The notes: a model not told the origin generated them from the letters alone. Positions 11,617-24,644 are shown, counted from the first letter of the stretch. The stretch: 64,000 bases of DNA from Moniliella sp. 'wahieum' (GCA_003971905.1 RSEE01000057.1:248001-312000); one strand, 5' to 3'. Translations and numbers: made by a program.

Positions 11617-12673
11617 GCTGGTGGCGGGGGCTGTGGGGGGCTGGGGGGCTGGGGCTGGGGCTAGGAAAGGAAAGGGAAAGGGGAAGGTGGGGGGGGGGGT
11701 GCGGCCGGCGGGCAGGGGGGAGAGGCAGAGGATATATATCAGCGGAGCTGCCATGCCATTATAGATGACAGCGGTGTCCTGCCGCCTGAGACAGCCGGCG
11801 CGCCATCCGACGGGCGGTGTCCATAACAGGCAGGCTGGGAGGATGGACGGGCCAGTGGCGGGCGGCGTGCGCCCACCGGCGCTGCGGAGAACGCACGCTG
11901 GAGGAGCACCTGCCCACTCGCCCCGTGCCCCCGCCCAACACCTGGCGATGGGGCGGCTTCGCCTCGGCTGGGGACGGCCAGAGGCAAAAGCAGAGCCAGA
12001 GAGCGCAGGTGCGCGTGGTCCCCCCCACCTCCGTGCATAAGGAGGGTCGCATTAGCCTGTACGCACCGCTCGGCAAAGCTTCTTGCCGCCCTCCTGGCAT
12101 GCGCTGCGTGTGCTGCTCCAGCCTCCGCTCCACCCACCACCCACCACGCCTCCAGACACCCCATTCTCTTGCATCCGGCCCATTCCGCCAGATATAACCG
12201 CGCACAGGCCCTCTCCCACCCAACCCTCTATGTTGCCGAACAGCCTTTTTGCTATGTAGCCTGCTCCACAGCCCCTGTGGCCGTTGGGCGGTGGGCGCTA
12301 CTGCTTATTGCCCCCCCCATCGACGCCATCAGGAGTGTTACAGACTTAATCCTTACCCCTTGTTGCTAATTGCTCCGTCCGTCTTCAAGCTTCAAGCTTC
12401 AAACCTTTTCAGGCCTCAGGTGGGGTATACGTGGCTGAATCATCCCGTGGCGAACGAGTGACGACTGTGTCGACTGTGTGTCCCCTGCTACCCTCGCCGT
12501 CGCCTAATCTTCCATTTTGCTCAGATCCATTATCCCATCCACACACAACCCTTACATGATGCCTGACGCATGACCCTGATCTAATCCCCAATCCATCATC
12601 GTCTGCAGTCGTGCATGCCTACTGATATAGTCCAGTGGATATCGCCACCCATCCTGTTCCCAGCAAAAGGAAA

Positions 12674-12762
12674 TTCCCCGACCGGGAGTCGAACCCGGGT
12701 CTTGACGGTCCTCCCGGTGGGTAGTTGAGAGCGTCACATCATAGCCGTTGGACCATCGAGGA
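12674..12762 (-). tRNA. tRNA-Glu (anticodon CTC) with a 17-nt intron
   Basis: Minus strand: TCCTCGA acceptor / TCGGGGA-A; anticodon stem TGACG/CGTCA with loop CT-CTC-A[ACTACCCACCGGGAGGA]C; T arm CCGGG-TTCGACT-CCCGG; T-rich run downstream. Confidence 0.95.
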
Positions 12763-12983
12763 GGCAATAATCGACAGGAACGATCGAGTATGTATACATT
12801 GGTGGCTGATGGGTGATGCATGATGCGTGAGCATAGCCCTTACTTGGTGGCGCCGCCGCGCTAGCAAGCCACGCCTGGGCTGCACTCGGGCGGCCACCAG
12901 GCACCAACCAACACCAACACCACCCGCCGTCGGCAGCGGTCCTTCCCTCCACTCACTAGTCGCCCTTCCTCACCCAGCCGCTC

Positions 12984-15932
12984 ATGCACCGCTGGGAGAA
13001 CCAGATCGACTCGGCCACGCCATCCTGGCGGCATCCAGGTGGCCCGTCGCAGCTACATCTCCACCGGCCGTTCCCCTCGTCCTCAAAGCCACCATCCCCT
13101 CGGCCATGACAATGAGGATGACGACGACGAGGGCGACGACTACGCCGACTATTACTACAACGGGTCAGGAGATGACCAGAGGACGACGATGACGACGAAA
13201 GGACGTTGACGACGACGACAACGACCAAGAAGGCAGTGGCGGCCACATTCACTTCCACTCCCGTGCCATCCCAGGCCCCAAAGAGGTCCGGCTGCTTCCG
13301 CCTTCGGTTGGCTCCCCGCCCGACGTGCCCCAGTCGGAGCGCAACAGTGCCGTGTCTCCGCGCCTCGCCCGACCCACGCATTGTGCCGGACTCGGTCACC
13401 TCTCCCGCCAGTGTCCCTTTTCGCCGTCCCCGCCCAGCCGTCCGCCCTGGCACTTACTCCCTGGTGGAGCGCTCCGCCTCTCCTCCCTCTCAGGCCTATC
13501 CCGCGTCACTGGCCCGCCCAGCCCCGACTCGAGGAGCAGCAGGCGCAAGACCTGATTCGCCTCGAAAGGAGATGGAGCTCGAGGCAGACCGTGCGCGCTA
13601 CAGCTGCCTCAGCTGCCTCAACCGCCCCGCCGCCGCCGCCGCAACAGAAGCAGCAGCAGCAGTTCTCGCCCGCGTCCGCTCTCGTTCATGCCTTCCACCT
13701 TGTCTCCTTCTTTGGGCGAGCGGCCGACCTCCCACGCGCCATCCCGGAGCCCGCGGAAGCAAGTCCCTCCGCTCCAGCTCGGGCGCGCCTCAGCGTTTGA
13801 GCGCCTCACTCGTTCCTCGTTTGGTCCTCAGCAGTGGTCAGGCGAGCACCGCCCCGCCCAATCGCTCGCCCGCTCGCGCCTCGTCTCAACCCCTTGCCCC
13901 AATCGGTATCCCCGGACTGCTCTCCCCTGCCAGCCGAACCGCAGCCCCCTCCCGCTCACCCCACCGCCCACCATTCCGCTCCCGCCTTTACCGTCGGGTG
14001 TTAAGCCGTATGCGCGACACAGTCTGCCCCGCACTCGCCGGTGCTGCTCCGCAACAAACGAAGTCTCTCGTCCGATGCGCTGCCGTCGCCCGTCGCGCTG
14101 CTCGACCAGATCCCCATCAGCCTGCTTCACCTCCCCCCCGAACCGGGCCACGACCAACTTCTCCGATCGTAGTTTGGTCTAGCCTTGGCCGTCGGCTCGC
14201 CGCCCCTTGCGCCTTCGAATCGGCTCGCTGCTTCCCCGGGCCTGTCGGTGCACCACGGTTGCCACAAGAAATTCATACCAGCACCTTTGGCGCCTTCCCT
14301 GTCGCAAGCCAAACGATCTCAGCCCCCACCGTCGTTCCTGGCTCTTGCCCAGCCCCGCCGCGGCCGACACCAGCCTGCCAATCTATGGAAGCCATGCCAG
14401 CCACGATACCGATCGTGACCCCCTGTCGGACCCCGAGGACGAGGAGGACGAGCCAGGAGGAGGAGGAGGAAAACGAAAACGAAGATGAAAATGGAAATGA
14501 GAATGAAGACGACGTTGAAGACCAAGATGAGCGACAACAAGGCGAGCAACAAGAGCAACAAGAAGAGCAAGAGGAGTATGATGAAAACGATCCAACTCGA
14601 CTTGGTCAACCCTCCTTTTTGCCTTCGCCTTTTGTTCGCAGCACGCTCACGCCTCTGCCGCCGGTACACATTCTCTCGCCCCCTCGTCGCCGGTACACCA
14701 GCATGACGACAGCCCGGCACGCCGTAGCTCTCTCTGCAGCCCCCCCTTCCCCAGTAGCTCGCCCTCCCTCGTGGGCGACCGAACCCCGACCAAGCATGGA
14801 CTCACCCTCCCTTCCAGCGAAGCGTCTCCGCCCGCTGGGCCACGCTGGACTCCGCTCGCCAGTGGTGACCCGCCCAACTTGTCCGGCGCCTTTCAAGGTA
14901 CGTATCTGTCCGTTCTTCCTTGGTGTGTGGGGGTCGAGAGGTAGACTAGGATGACTAACGAGCCCATATGACAGGGGTGGCACAAGCATTCAAAAGACGT
15001 TGCATGAACAGAAATTGTTGGCGTACCTGTTTGAGCTGGACGATGGCAGTTTGCCCGAGCCTGGCTCGGTGCCCGAGCTGGGCGAGCTGCCGACGCGGTA
15101 CCTGCACCTGCGCCGTATGCGAAAGGAAGCGCAGGAGGCCGAACGAGCACAGTTGCTCTCCCTCCTGGACCAGCAGAGCGAGACCATGTTGCTCATGGCC
15201 TCGACCCATGAAGAGGAGCTGGAGCTGTGGCAGACCGAGGTGACGCAACTCGAAGCCGAATTGGAGGAGAGCTACCTCCCCACCACTCGTCGGGGCAAGG
15301 AAGCGGATCTGCAAGCGCTGCTGGTGCAAGAACGAGAAAAGACGCGCGGGCAAGAAAAGGCGTTGCACCAGATGCACGTGGAAAAGGAGGAGATGCGGCG
15401 CGAGATTGAGCGGTTGCGAGCGCTGGTGCCCGCCGAACCCAGTATGGTACGTTTTCGCCTTCTCTTCTCTTCCCTCTCTGTGCTGTGTCGTGAGGCTCGG
15501 CCTCTGAGCCTAACCTAACCCCATCTGATGCAACAGAACAAGGAGACGGAACACCGAACCAAGGAAGCTCATATCCTCTCTGCCTACAAACAAGTCAAAG
15601 ACGAGCTGCGCAAGCTGCAGACCGTGTACAGCAAGGAACGGGAGCCCTTACCGCCACTCCGGCTGCGCGATCGCAGCGCCTCCACGCCCCACTTGGACCC
15701 GAGCCCACCCTCTCCTGCCAACTTGAGCGCGGCAGGCAGTGTCGATAGTCTTAGTCCTGGCTCGACCGCCGGCGGGGGCGCTGGTCTCGGCACCCGCCGT
15801 GCTTCGGGTCAAACGTCTTTCCCGTTTCCAGCGACCGCCGACCACCTGTTTCCCCCACTACATTCCCTCCCCGCACCTCGGTCCGCACGGGGCCACATTC
15901 GTTATGTCTCTTCCGAATCCCTGCCTACCTAA
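12984..15932 (+). CDS. Hypothetical low-complexity protein with acidic tracts and a C-terminal coiled coil
   Basis: Pro/Ser-rich frames with D/E runs (~13110-13230, ~14450-14590), a coiled-coil exon (EEELELWQTEVTQLEAELEE..EKEEMRREIERLRAL) and GTACGT..CTAAC..CAG introns near 14898 and 15447. No family recognised. Confidence 0.6.
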
Positions 15933-16033
15933 CTTGCTTCTGCTTCCCACCCTTGCCTGTCGTTCATTCATCCCTCTCTGCTACTACCGGACTTCTGATC
16001 CCCTTCCCCTCTTTTGAGTTCTTCTGTTGAGAA

Positions 16034-17261
16034 TCAATTCCCAAACGCGAGCTTGCGTGCGATTCGTCGTCGTTCGGCCAGGTCCCGGGCGGAGAGAGTA
16101 CCGTGCTTGCGGGATGGCAGTTGGGTTCGAGGCGAAGCCGGAGCCTGGGACCGTTTGCGCCCTACGATTTGCGGTGTCCGCGCTGTGGCGCCCGTGCGCA
16201 CTGCCGGCGCGCCCGGCTTGCCTGGCAACAAGGATGGATGAGTAGGTGCGGGCCAGGCAGAAAAGTACGCATGCTCCAGTGCCGCCTGCGCCGAGATGCG
16301 TTCTGCCGGGTTCACCGCAGCAACCCCGCCAGTAGCGATAAGTCCTCTTCCCGTGCCGCGAGAAAGGTGCCAGCTAAAGGCGGGGGCGGGTCTGGGCAAT
16401 GCTCTCGCCCAGCGCTTGCACCACCGCAGCCGAAGTGGCCTTCCAGCCGCGTAGGCTGCCGAGTCCGGGCCAGGTGGCTTCGCGCGGCATGCCACGCGCG
16501 CGACAGATGAGCTCGAATTGATGCATGTCGGACATGCCGGGCAAGTAGGGTTTGCGCAGGAGTTCGGCAAAGATGCACCCCACCGACCACATGTCGACCC
16601 GGTCGCCGTACCACCCCGCCCCGAGCAACAGCTCGGGCGGGCGGTACCAGAGTGTGATCACCTCGGTACTCATTGGCCGTGCTCCCGGGGACGGGGCAGG
16701 CACGTCGCGTGCCAAGCCAAAGTCGGCAATCTTCAGCACGCCCTGGGCCGAGAGGAGGAGGTTGTTGGGTTTCAAGTCGCGGTGCAGCACGCCGCGGCTG
16801 TGCAAATAAGCGACACCACGTAATGTCATGCCGAGCCAGGACTTGGTATCGGCGGGGTGATGGTAGTCTGGGTGTCACGGATAATGTCTTCCAAGCTGGC
16901 GCCGAGGAACTCGAGGACCATGTTGAACGCCGGGTGCCAGCCGCGGGAGAAGAGAACACATCGCGCAACAGCACGATGTTGGGATGGATCAGATCGCGAA
17001 GAAACTTGATCTCCCGCAACGCCGTCACATCCAGCCCGTCGCGACCGAGACCAGCTTGATCTTCTTGATCGCCACCGCCTCGCCCGTCGGCTCATGCCGC
17101 CCGAGAAAGACGGCGGCATAGGTACCCTCGCCAATCTTGGCCAGCTTGGCGTACGACTCGCGCACGCGCTTGTCTGACTCGGTCGCATCCAGCGCGAGTG
17201 CGGATGCCGGGACGGGTGCGGCGCTGGCCGGGGCGGCGAGGGCAGAGGGGGAGGAGGGCAT
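16034..17261 (-). CDS. KIN28: TFIIH/CAK cyclin-dependent kinase, CDK7/Kin28/Mcs6-like (frameshifted)
   Basis: [60 protein letters not shown]-terminal [11 protein letters not shown]. Confidence 0.82.
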
Positions 17262-17522
17262 GTGGTGGCCAGCTGGCGCGGCAGCATCCAGCCGCCCAAG
17301 CACCTCTGATGACGGCGACGACCAGATGACGTCAGCCGTATCGAGCCTCCCTGGCGGGCATTATGTCATCCGCCTATCGTCCGAATCAAGGCCAAGAGCT
17401 GGGGCAATCAATACATCTGACCCTCTCTGGACAGACAGCCGCCAGCGCCCCTCATCCGGCCATGCCCTGGAACGCAGCACGCGCTTGGGACCCCCAACGT
17501 AGCATCCCCCACTCAGATCTGC

Positions 17523-19264
17523 TCAGCGTGGCATCGACGACGTTGCATTTGCACCTTCTGATTCATGCCTTGGTACTTTCACCACCTGGATTGTCACGCC
17601 CACTGGCAGGCTAAACGTCTCGTCGTCCCTCACGCCTCCGCACGGCTGCACCTTCACCTGCCCGGCCCCGCGGTCGGAGCAACCAGACATTGGCCCGAAT
17701 TGTGTACCACCCTGCCCTGCGACGTGTACGTCCACTTTTGCTGTGCACTCCCGTCGCATGCGCGCAGTATGGCCGACGTCCCCGCTGTCGTAAGACACTG
17801 GTCCGTACCCAGGAGGGCAATGGTACCGTGGGCAAAGGTCCAGACTTCTTCAGGGGTGCCAGTGCAGGGTCGCATGGACAGCTCGGCTGCATTGGCCAAG
17901 CATGTAAGGGAATTGCTATTCAACAGTGCCCCCGTGGGCGTGACGAGCCCAGGCGCGAACTGGATGACGTGGGTGCCGTGGCCGGGGAGGTGAATGCGCA
18001 GAGGTCCATGGTGATCAACTTGATGGCCAGTCCACAGGTCTGTGAGGCGATACGTGCCCGGTTCGGCGCCAGTGTACGCCCAGGGGAGATGAAGGGTAGC
18101 GGGATATGGGCGTTTGTTGAGCACGAGCAAAACCCGATCGCCATTCTGCAGGCTCTTGCTCAGCACATCCCAGTCTGGGCTGCGCAGTACTGGCGTGGCT
18201 TGTTCCCCAGCCGCATCTTGGTCCACAGAGATGAGTCGATCATTACTGAGATAGGCCACTTGGTCTGGCGTCAGCGCCCCCAGCTCGGCCGAGAGCAGAA
18301 GCGGGCTCTTGGTCAGGCACCAGAGTGCAAACTGTGCTTTCTCCTCTTCCAATGTCATCCCCCAGCCGGGGATGAGAAAGTCTGGGTCGTTGATAAAGGT
18401 GGGGTGGGCGTTGGCATAGACGGCGACCCGCAGCTGGTTCTCATAATTGTCCATCACGCTCGTCCAGGTATCCAGTCCTTCTTGACCCCGGAAATTTTTG
18501 ATGTCATCCGAATGGCGTGCCGTCTGGCCGTGATACGGGACCCAATCCATCACACTGAACCAATCAGTCAAGTTGGCGCGACAGCAAAAGTAGGCGGGCG
18601 CGACTCGGAGAAGATCATCCCCAACGAGTGGGGGGAAGCTAAGAGACTGTGCCACTGGGCATACAGCTGGTGGTAACTTGCTTCCGACGTGGCTTGTCTG
18701 GTGGGGACATGACATCCGTCCAGCTTGACAAAATCCATACCCCATCTACATGTAGGTCAGCCTGCTGCTCAACTCACGTCAGGCAGGTAACGGGCAAAAG
18801 GATTGGAAGAATACACACGAGGCAAACGTGTTGGCATCCAGGCTTTCATATCCCAACGACCCAGGGTACCCCCCGCACGTCTGGGTGCCTGCGTCCTCAT
18901 AAATCCCGAGAGTGAGTCCGCGCTCTTTTGCATAGTGGACCAGATGTGGCAAGCCCTGAGGGAAGAGGGTGGTGTGTTCCACCGCAGCTCATTGGAATGG
19001 GGGTCGCGCTGCCGCTCCATCCAGCAGTCGTCGATGTTGACATGGGTGTAGCCGTGGTCGCGCAGGCCGGTTCCAACCAGCTCCTCCATCGTCTGCTCAA
19101 ACAGCGACTGGGACAAGTCGCATTGGAAGCGAGCCCAGTTATTGAAGCCCATGGGTGGGCCGGGGAGGGTGGGGTGCACGGCAGCGAGCCCGGGATGGTG
19201 TGTGGCAGGTCCAGCGGCAGCCCTGGCACGGCAGCAGCAACAACACGGTTTGCAGGGGCGCCAT
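17523..19264 (-). CDS. Secreted GH27 alpha-galactosidase / alpha-N-acetylgalactosaminidase with C-terminal ricin-B (CBM13) domain, AglA-like
   Basis: [42 protein letters not shown], intron 18746-18818 joining to [24 protein letters not shown], and ricin-type repeats ([18 protein letters not shown]). Confidence 0.9.
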
Positions 19265-19566
19265 CGTTGGTGGGAGGGGGACAGGGAGGAAGAGGAGGGG
19301 TGGTGGCCCTCGATACCCGCCCGCCAACAAGCTGTTACAAGGACCTGCAACCTGTATTAGGCTTTGGGTTGCAAGCGTTTCTCGTTTAACGCCGCCTATC
19401 TGAAAGGCCTGCGTGCCGGTGACGGGTGATGTGGTGATGCTGGAGATATCGGGCCTGGCGCCTGTGTATATCCTCAGGCCTCAAGAGCAGAGGGCCCAGG
19501 CCACCACATGGGATTCGATGTCGAGAGATCAGTTAAATAAGGTGCTCTACGTTGTTATCGTACCCT

Positions 19567-21130
19567 CTATATTGTCTGCACCATGGCTCGGAGCCTGACG
19601 TTCCCGACACAGAGCTTCAACCATACTTTGACTCGGCCAGTCGGTACCTCGTGTTCCCTGACCGCATGATCGTTACGTGGGCGATCCCCCCAGGGGTCGC
19701 CCAAGGGGGATCGGAGGAGGTCAAGGGGCCCTACCGCATGCGAGGCGAGAACCTTGAGTCGTCGTACGTCCTGGAAACGCTGCAGGACGTTTGGGTGCCT
19801 GGGGTCGTTCACTGCCATTTCCTGGAGACTTACGTCGCCCACGCGCCCATCGATCGACTTGCCTCCCCGTTCTGGCCAGGTCTCGTTGCCGCCGTCTGTT
19901 GCCCGTCCAGCTGCCGGGGGCGTTCTTCCTGAGACTGGCGCTGGGCCTTGGGGGGGATGTGGACGCTGACGCGGTCTCTGTTGCGTCTTCCCCTCTTTGA
20001 CCTGTCCGCCTCTGCCTTCTGTTGATCCTGTTTCTGTCCCCCTCCTTCGTTGTCGTCTGCGGGCGGGGAGTTGATGCCGGGCCGAAGCAGTCTCAAAGGG
20101 CTCGGTATCCGACACGTCAATCACCAGTCCATGGCGGGTGCGCATATCGCGCAAAATGGACCCCTGCGCCGCTGCAGGATCGACCACAGCGACCACCGCC
20201 CCACCGGGGAGGCGCATCTGTGTCCAAGTGATTGCGGCCTCAGGAAGTTCGTTTGACAGTGAGCGGGCCGCGCTGTTCTTACCCTTTCCCTTTTTGCCTT
20301 GAGCAGGATCCGACGTCAAGACCGTGGTGGTAACCCAGGGCAAATATTCAGTCCACCACGGGGCACCGTCCACGCTCTTGCGAGCCCGTACCACTTCATT
20401 CCGGAGGAAGAGCAGTGCTTCCTTGGCAGTACGGTCCTCCATGGCTCGTTCGAACATCCCCGCCCACTGTCCATCCTTGGGGAAACGATCGGCAATGGAC
20501 CGAACGATAGCGAGCTCGAGGGTGAGATCGTTGGCGTGATAAGCGCCCAGCTGGTCCAGATCCTGCATGGCGAGACCAGCAGCGCCAAGAAGTGGGTGCC
20601 CACCATACCGGTATGCGCTATCCTTCATGGCCGCCCGCAGCTCGGCGAGACCCACGCTGGGGGGTAGTAAGTCTCAAGCACTTCCTTCACCGCCTGCCAG
20701 CCGCGTGGAAATGCCATCGCCGTCTCAACGGCGGCCAAGGCATCGCCACTCAAGCGCTCAATGGCCACACGTGTGCACACCTTGCCATGCGACGGGTGAA
20801 TGAAACCCTCCTTCTCAGCATCCGGAGCGAGAACTGCCAAGTTTCAGTCACTGAGGCCTCGACCAGCTCGATCCACTGAGCACACTTCCACGGCTCTGCG
20901 CCGGAGAAGTAGAAGATCAAAGCTGCGACATCCTTCGGCGCCTCTTTCACGATTTCGTACTCGGCCAAGCGAGTGTTACGCTGGTTCTCCGCCTGAGCGG
21001 CCAGTTGTTCTTGTTGCCAACGGTGAATCTCTTGATCACGGAAGTAGCGATCCCACTCTTCATGAGAAGCCGAGAGACTGGGACGGGGGACAGGCGTATG
21101 GGCACATTTAGGAGGCGGGGTATGAGACAT
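19567..21130 (-). CDS. Retrotransposon-derived Gag + degenerate retropepsin-like ORF, without RT/INT (frameshifted)
   Basis: FSGAEPWKCAQWIELVE and RLSGDALAAVETA..WQAVKEVLETYYP resemble the Ty3/gypsy capsid (retrotrans_gag) pattern. VAVVDPAAAQGSILRDMRTRHGL resembles a retropepsin active-site strand but lacks D(T/S)G. No LTRs seen. Confidence 0.55.
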
Positions 21131-21454
21131 CGTCGGTTGACCTTTGTCGTATCGTGTTGTGGGGTCGACTAAACATAAGGAGCCGACGAGAAGACAAGGA
21201 GGAGAGTAACTTGGGGGAGAATAGGCAAGGCCACAGTAGGGGTTAGGGGCCGACCGGGGGGGGAGGGAGAGATGACTGTTGGTAGACTTGGGCAATGCGA
21301 CCCAGGTGGGCGAAGAAAGGCAGACTGCGCGCTGTCTCGTACGCTTCTCAACCACCGGCCACATGCCAGCTGAACTCCACGTACGCAGTCCCCGAGCCTG
21401 GGTCAGCACTGTACGGCAGTCCTAGTCAGCCCGCGAAGGCTGGTTCGGCCGGGC

Positions 21455-21540
21455 ATCACGTGATCACATCATGCACATCATCTGCATCATGCATCATGCA
21501 TCATCGATCATCGATCTCGATCATCTGAGATCCGATATCT
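21455..21540. repeat. 7-bp TNA+palindrome lattice cluster
   Basis: TGCA-TCA-TGCA-TCA-TGCA-TCA-TCGA-TCA-TCGA (21483-21514). Confidence 0.9.
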
Positions 21541-22442
21541 GACGGAGCTGGGCATGTGTTCCGGCGCTCACGCTTGCCTCTCCTCCCCTAGCCCTGCGTC
21601 ATGGTCCTCCCCCTTCAGTACTAGTAGCTTCAGTCCATTGCAAGATGAGCATCACTCAACGTACTGAGAAGACTCTGCGCACATCTACAGATTATATTAT
21701 TCCTCCATTCGCCCTGTGCACTTTTTACATCAGCTGCCTCGTGCCACGTTCCACGCCACCCCACCCACAGTCAGCAGCAAGCATCGGTGATATTATTTCT
21801 CTATGTCGGTGTTGGCGACGGGGGGAACGGTGGCTACGGTGGCGAAGGGGGAACGGCAGCTGGGGCTTCGCTCCAGCTGACCGGGCCGTAGGCCCGGGTG
21901 GTCCTCCTTGTCATATAAACGATTTTTGTTTGCCATTAATGTATTCCGCAAGGAAGGACTCAAGGAACTATCATGACTCGCTCTTATGATAAAATCACTG
22001 ACCACACGAGTTGCGTACACACGCCCATTCCCCACAGGTGCCACAGATGGACAGAAACGACAGAGAGACTAGAATGTTGTACACAGAAGAGGTAATTACC
22101 GAATTTCGTTTAAGGGTCGGGCGATACGAGTGAGACCATCAAGTGCTAAGGGAAGCAAAGGATGCACACTGGTGGGGAAAGGAAGAGAACAGAGCATCCG
22201 CGAAGAGCATGAGAAGATTTACCTGGCTTTCTAAGAGCACTGTGACATTTGGCAATACTTTCCCACGCTCTACTAGTATCTTATCCCTCACGCGCCATAT
22301 CACGACCTGCCTGTGTCGATGCGCTGAGGGAGCATGCTGATATGAATGGTAATCGTCTGATGGTATCTCATTTCGTATCGCTCACTCCCTTGACTTCTGC
22401 CGTTCCTCATCCCGGGAAGGAACAGATTGCTAAAAGGGGATA

Positions 22443-24147
22443 TCAGCAAGTTGGGATCGATCCCGCCAACAAGGGGTCAAGAAGAGGAGGCGTGTCACTC
22501 GAGCCGCGTTGGGACGCCGTTCCGTCGCCAACGGGGCTGGGCACTGTAGATGACGGGGGGAACGGACACGTTGCATAGCCAGGGAAAGGTTGCTGCGGAA
22601 GAAGCGGGAGCTTTAAGAAACGGGCTTCGTTCCACCCAGTCTGAAGCAAGGGTCGTCGCTCTTACGCGGCGGTACGGCAGACCGCGTGGAGAGTGGCTCC
22701 TGGACGAGGCGGATTGGCGTAGGTCCTCCTCTCGCTTGTGGAGAAGGGAGCGAGGCCGTCTCACTCCCGCTTCGGAAAGGTGGTGCGGCACCGAAGTGTT
22801 TTTAGAAGGGTAACGAGGTTTGAGGATCTCCCTTACTGTCGATGGGTAGGCAAGGAGGGATGTGCTGGAACCTGTGCTTGGCAAGGTTGGAGCGGGTTGA
22901 GGGTGCAAGGCGGTGGAATGGGTTTGATGGAACAAGGTCAGAGTGTGGGAAGTGAAGCTGAAGGGGGAGCGAGGCTGTTGAATGGGTGTTGGAAGGGAGA
23001 GGCGGGAGCGGTGTCGAAGGGGTGGTTACGCAGCAGGGGACGAAGGAAGAGGGTAGACCAGGAAGAAGGGCTGCTTTCACAGATGCCGTCTCTTTCTTCG
23101 GTTCGAAGAGCCAGTTGGGGCCGCCAACACTGCCCCAGAAGAACGGATACAGAAGACACGTTTGTGTTGATGGTCTCCGCTGCGGGTCGTACCGTAGCAT
23201 ATCCTGCAGCAAACCCACCAGGGCACGTGGGATTTTGGCCCCGAACAAACTGGCAAACTCGATTGGAGGCAATGCGGGGAAGGAAAATCGAATTTGTTGC
23301 GCTAAAATAGCAGCATCGGACCAGGGCCCTCCCCCGCGAACCCTCCCCATCTCGTCCGTTCCCCAATCGACAAGGGGCGATCCAAGCGTCTCGCAAATCA
23401 ACACCATTTGCGCTGCCTCGTTGGCTCCTGGGAAGAGGGGCGTGAGGTTCACCACCTCAGCCATCACTACAGCTAATGCCCAGATGTCGACAGCAGGGGA
23501 ATACCTTGTCGAGTGTAATAGCATCTCAGGCGCGCGGTACCACCGTGTGGACACATAGGTCGAATAGGGCGGGGGGGAAAACACTTCGCGTGCCAGGCCC
23601 AAGTCAGCGATTTTGATCACCAACTTCACATCCGTCTCGGTGCCATTGACCCCATCGTACTCTTCCAGTCCCGTCGTAGTAATAAGTAAGTTTTCGGGCT
23701 TGATGTCGCGATGGAAAAAGCCGTGGGTGTGGAGATGACCCAGTCCACTCAGGCTTTGGCGAAACATCTCTCGAATCAATCCGAGTGCGATAGGACGTCC
23801 ACGGCGTGATTTGGTAAACTGAAGTAGGGTTCCTTCGAGCAACTCGAATACCAGGTGGAGTTGGTGAGAAGAAGAGAGGAAGCGTCGAAAAGAGCAACGA
23901 GATTGTGGTGCCTCGGAATTGCGAGCAGCGCTCGTAGCTCCCGCAGCCGTAAGCAGTCTTCCCACGTTTCGTAGGTGCGCTTCATTCTTTTGATTGCCAC
24001 CATGGGTTCGGCGGCTTGATCATTGGAGGGAAGCCGGCGTGCCAAGAAAACAGTTCCAAATGATCCATCGCCCAAAGGTCGCACCAGCTCAAACTTCGAC
24101 GCCAGGCTCTCGCTGGGGCCATCAGCGGGCAAGTGAATACCAGCCAT
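22443..24147 (-). CDS. IME2: IME2/Crk1 (MAK/ICK/RCK family) Ser/Thr kinase; C-terminal end uncertain
   Basis: LGDGSFGTV, VAIKRMKR..WEDCLRLREL, FFHRDIKPENLL, KIADLGLARE, PPYSTYVSTRWYRAPE, GGGPW. Confidence 0.85.
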
Positions 24148-24644
24148 ATGCTAACCTGCTGTTCCTCTCAGCGATTAAGGCTAGGCCTGCTTGGCTGATG
24201 AACATACACATAAACGGGTGTCGAGGAAAGAGTAGCTGTGAAGAAAAAGAGGACGGTGAGAGGAGGAAAAAACTAGAACAGAATGCTTCTCACCAACGGT
24301 GTGTCAAATGTCAAAGCGGTTGAGGAAGTGCTGTTCGAAGTATTTGGAGGACGTAGGGAGAAGAAAACCATGTGGAATGTCCTTGATGCGCTGCGTTTGT
24401 AAGGAAAGCTCTCTTCCCAGGCTGAGCGCTGACGCGATGTGTGCGATTACATGTTACAAGGGAGGGTCCCCATCGAAAAGCACATATCACGCGCCAAGAT
24501 CTCACCCCCGAAGCGCCGACTGTTTGTATCGGGGATTAATGTGATTGTATAGTGACACGGACGGCCGGTGAGCCGATGAGAGCACCACTGTGCCTACTCT
24601 GCACGCCTACACTATATAGGGTCTTGAGCAGTGAGTAGTAGGCG

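Noticed and set aside
19400..21600. Complete LTR retrotransposon
   Set aside because: No flanking direct repeats, PBS, RT (YxDD), RNase H or integrase found by eye.
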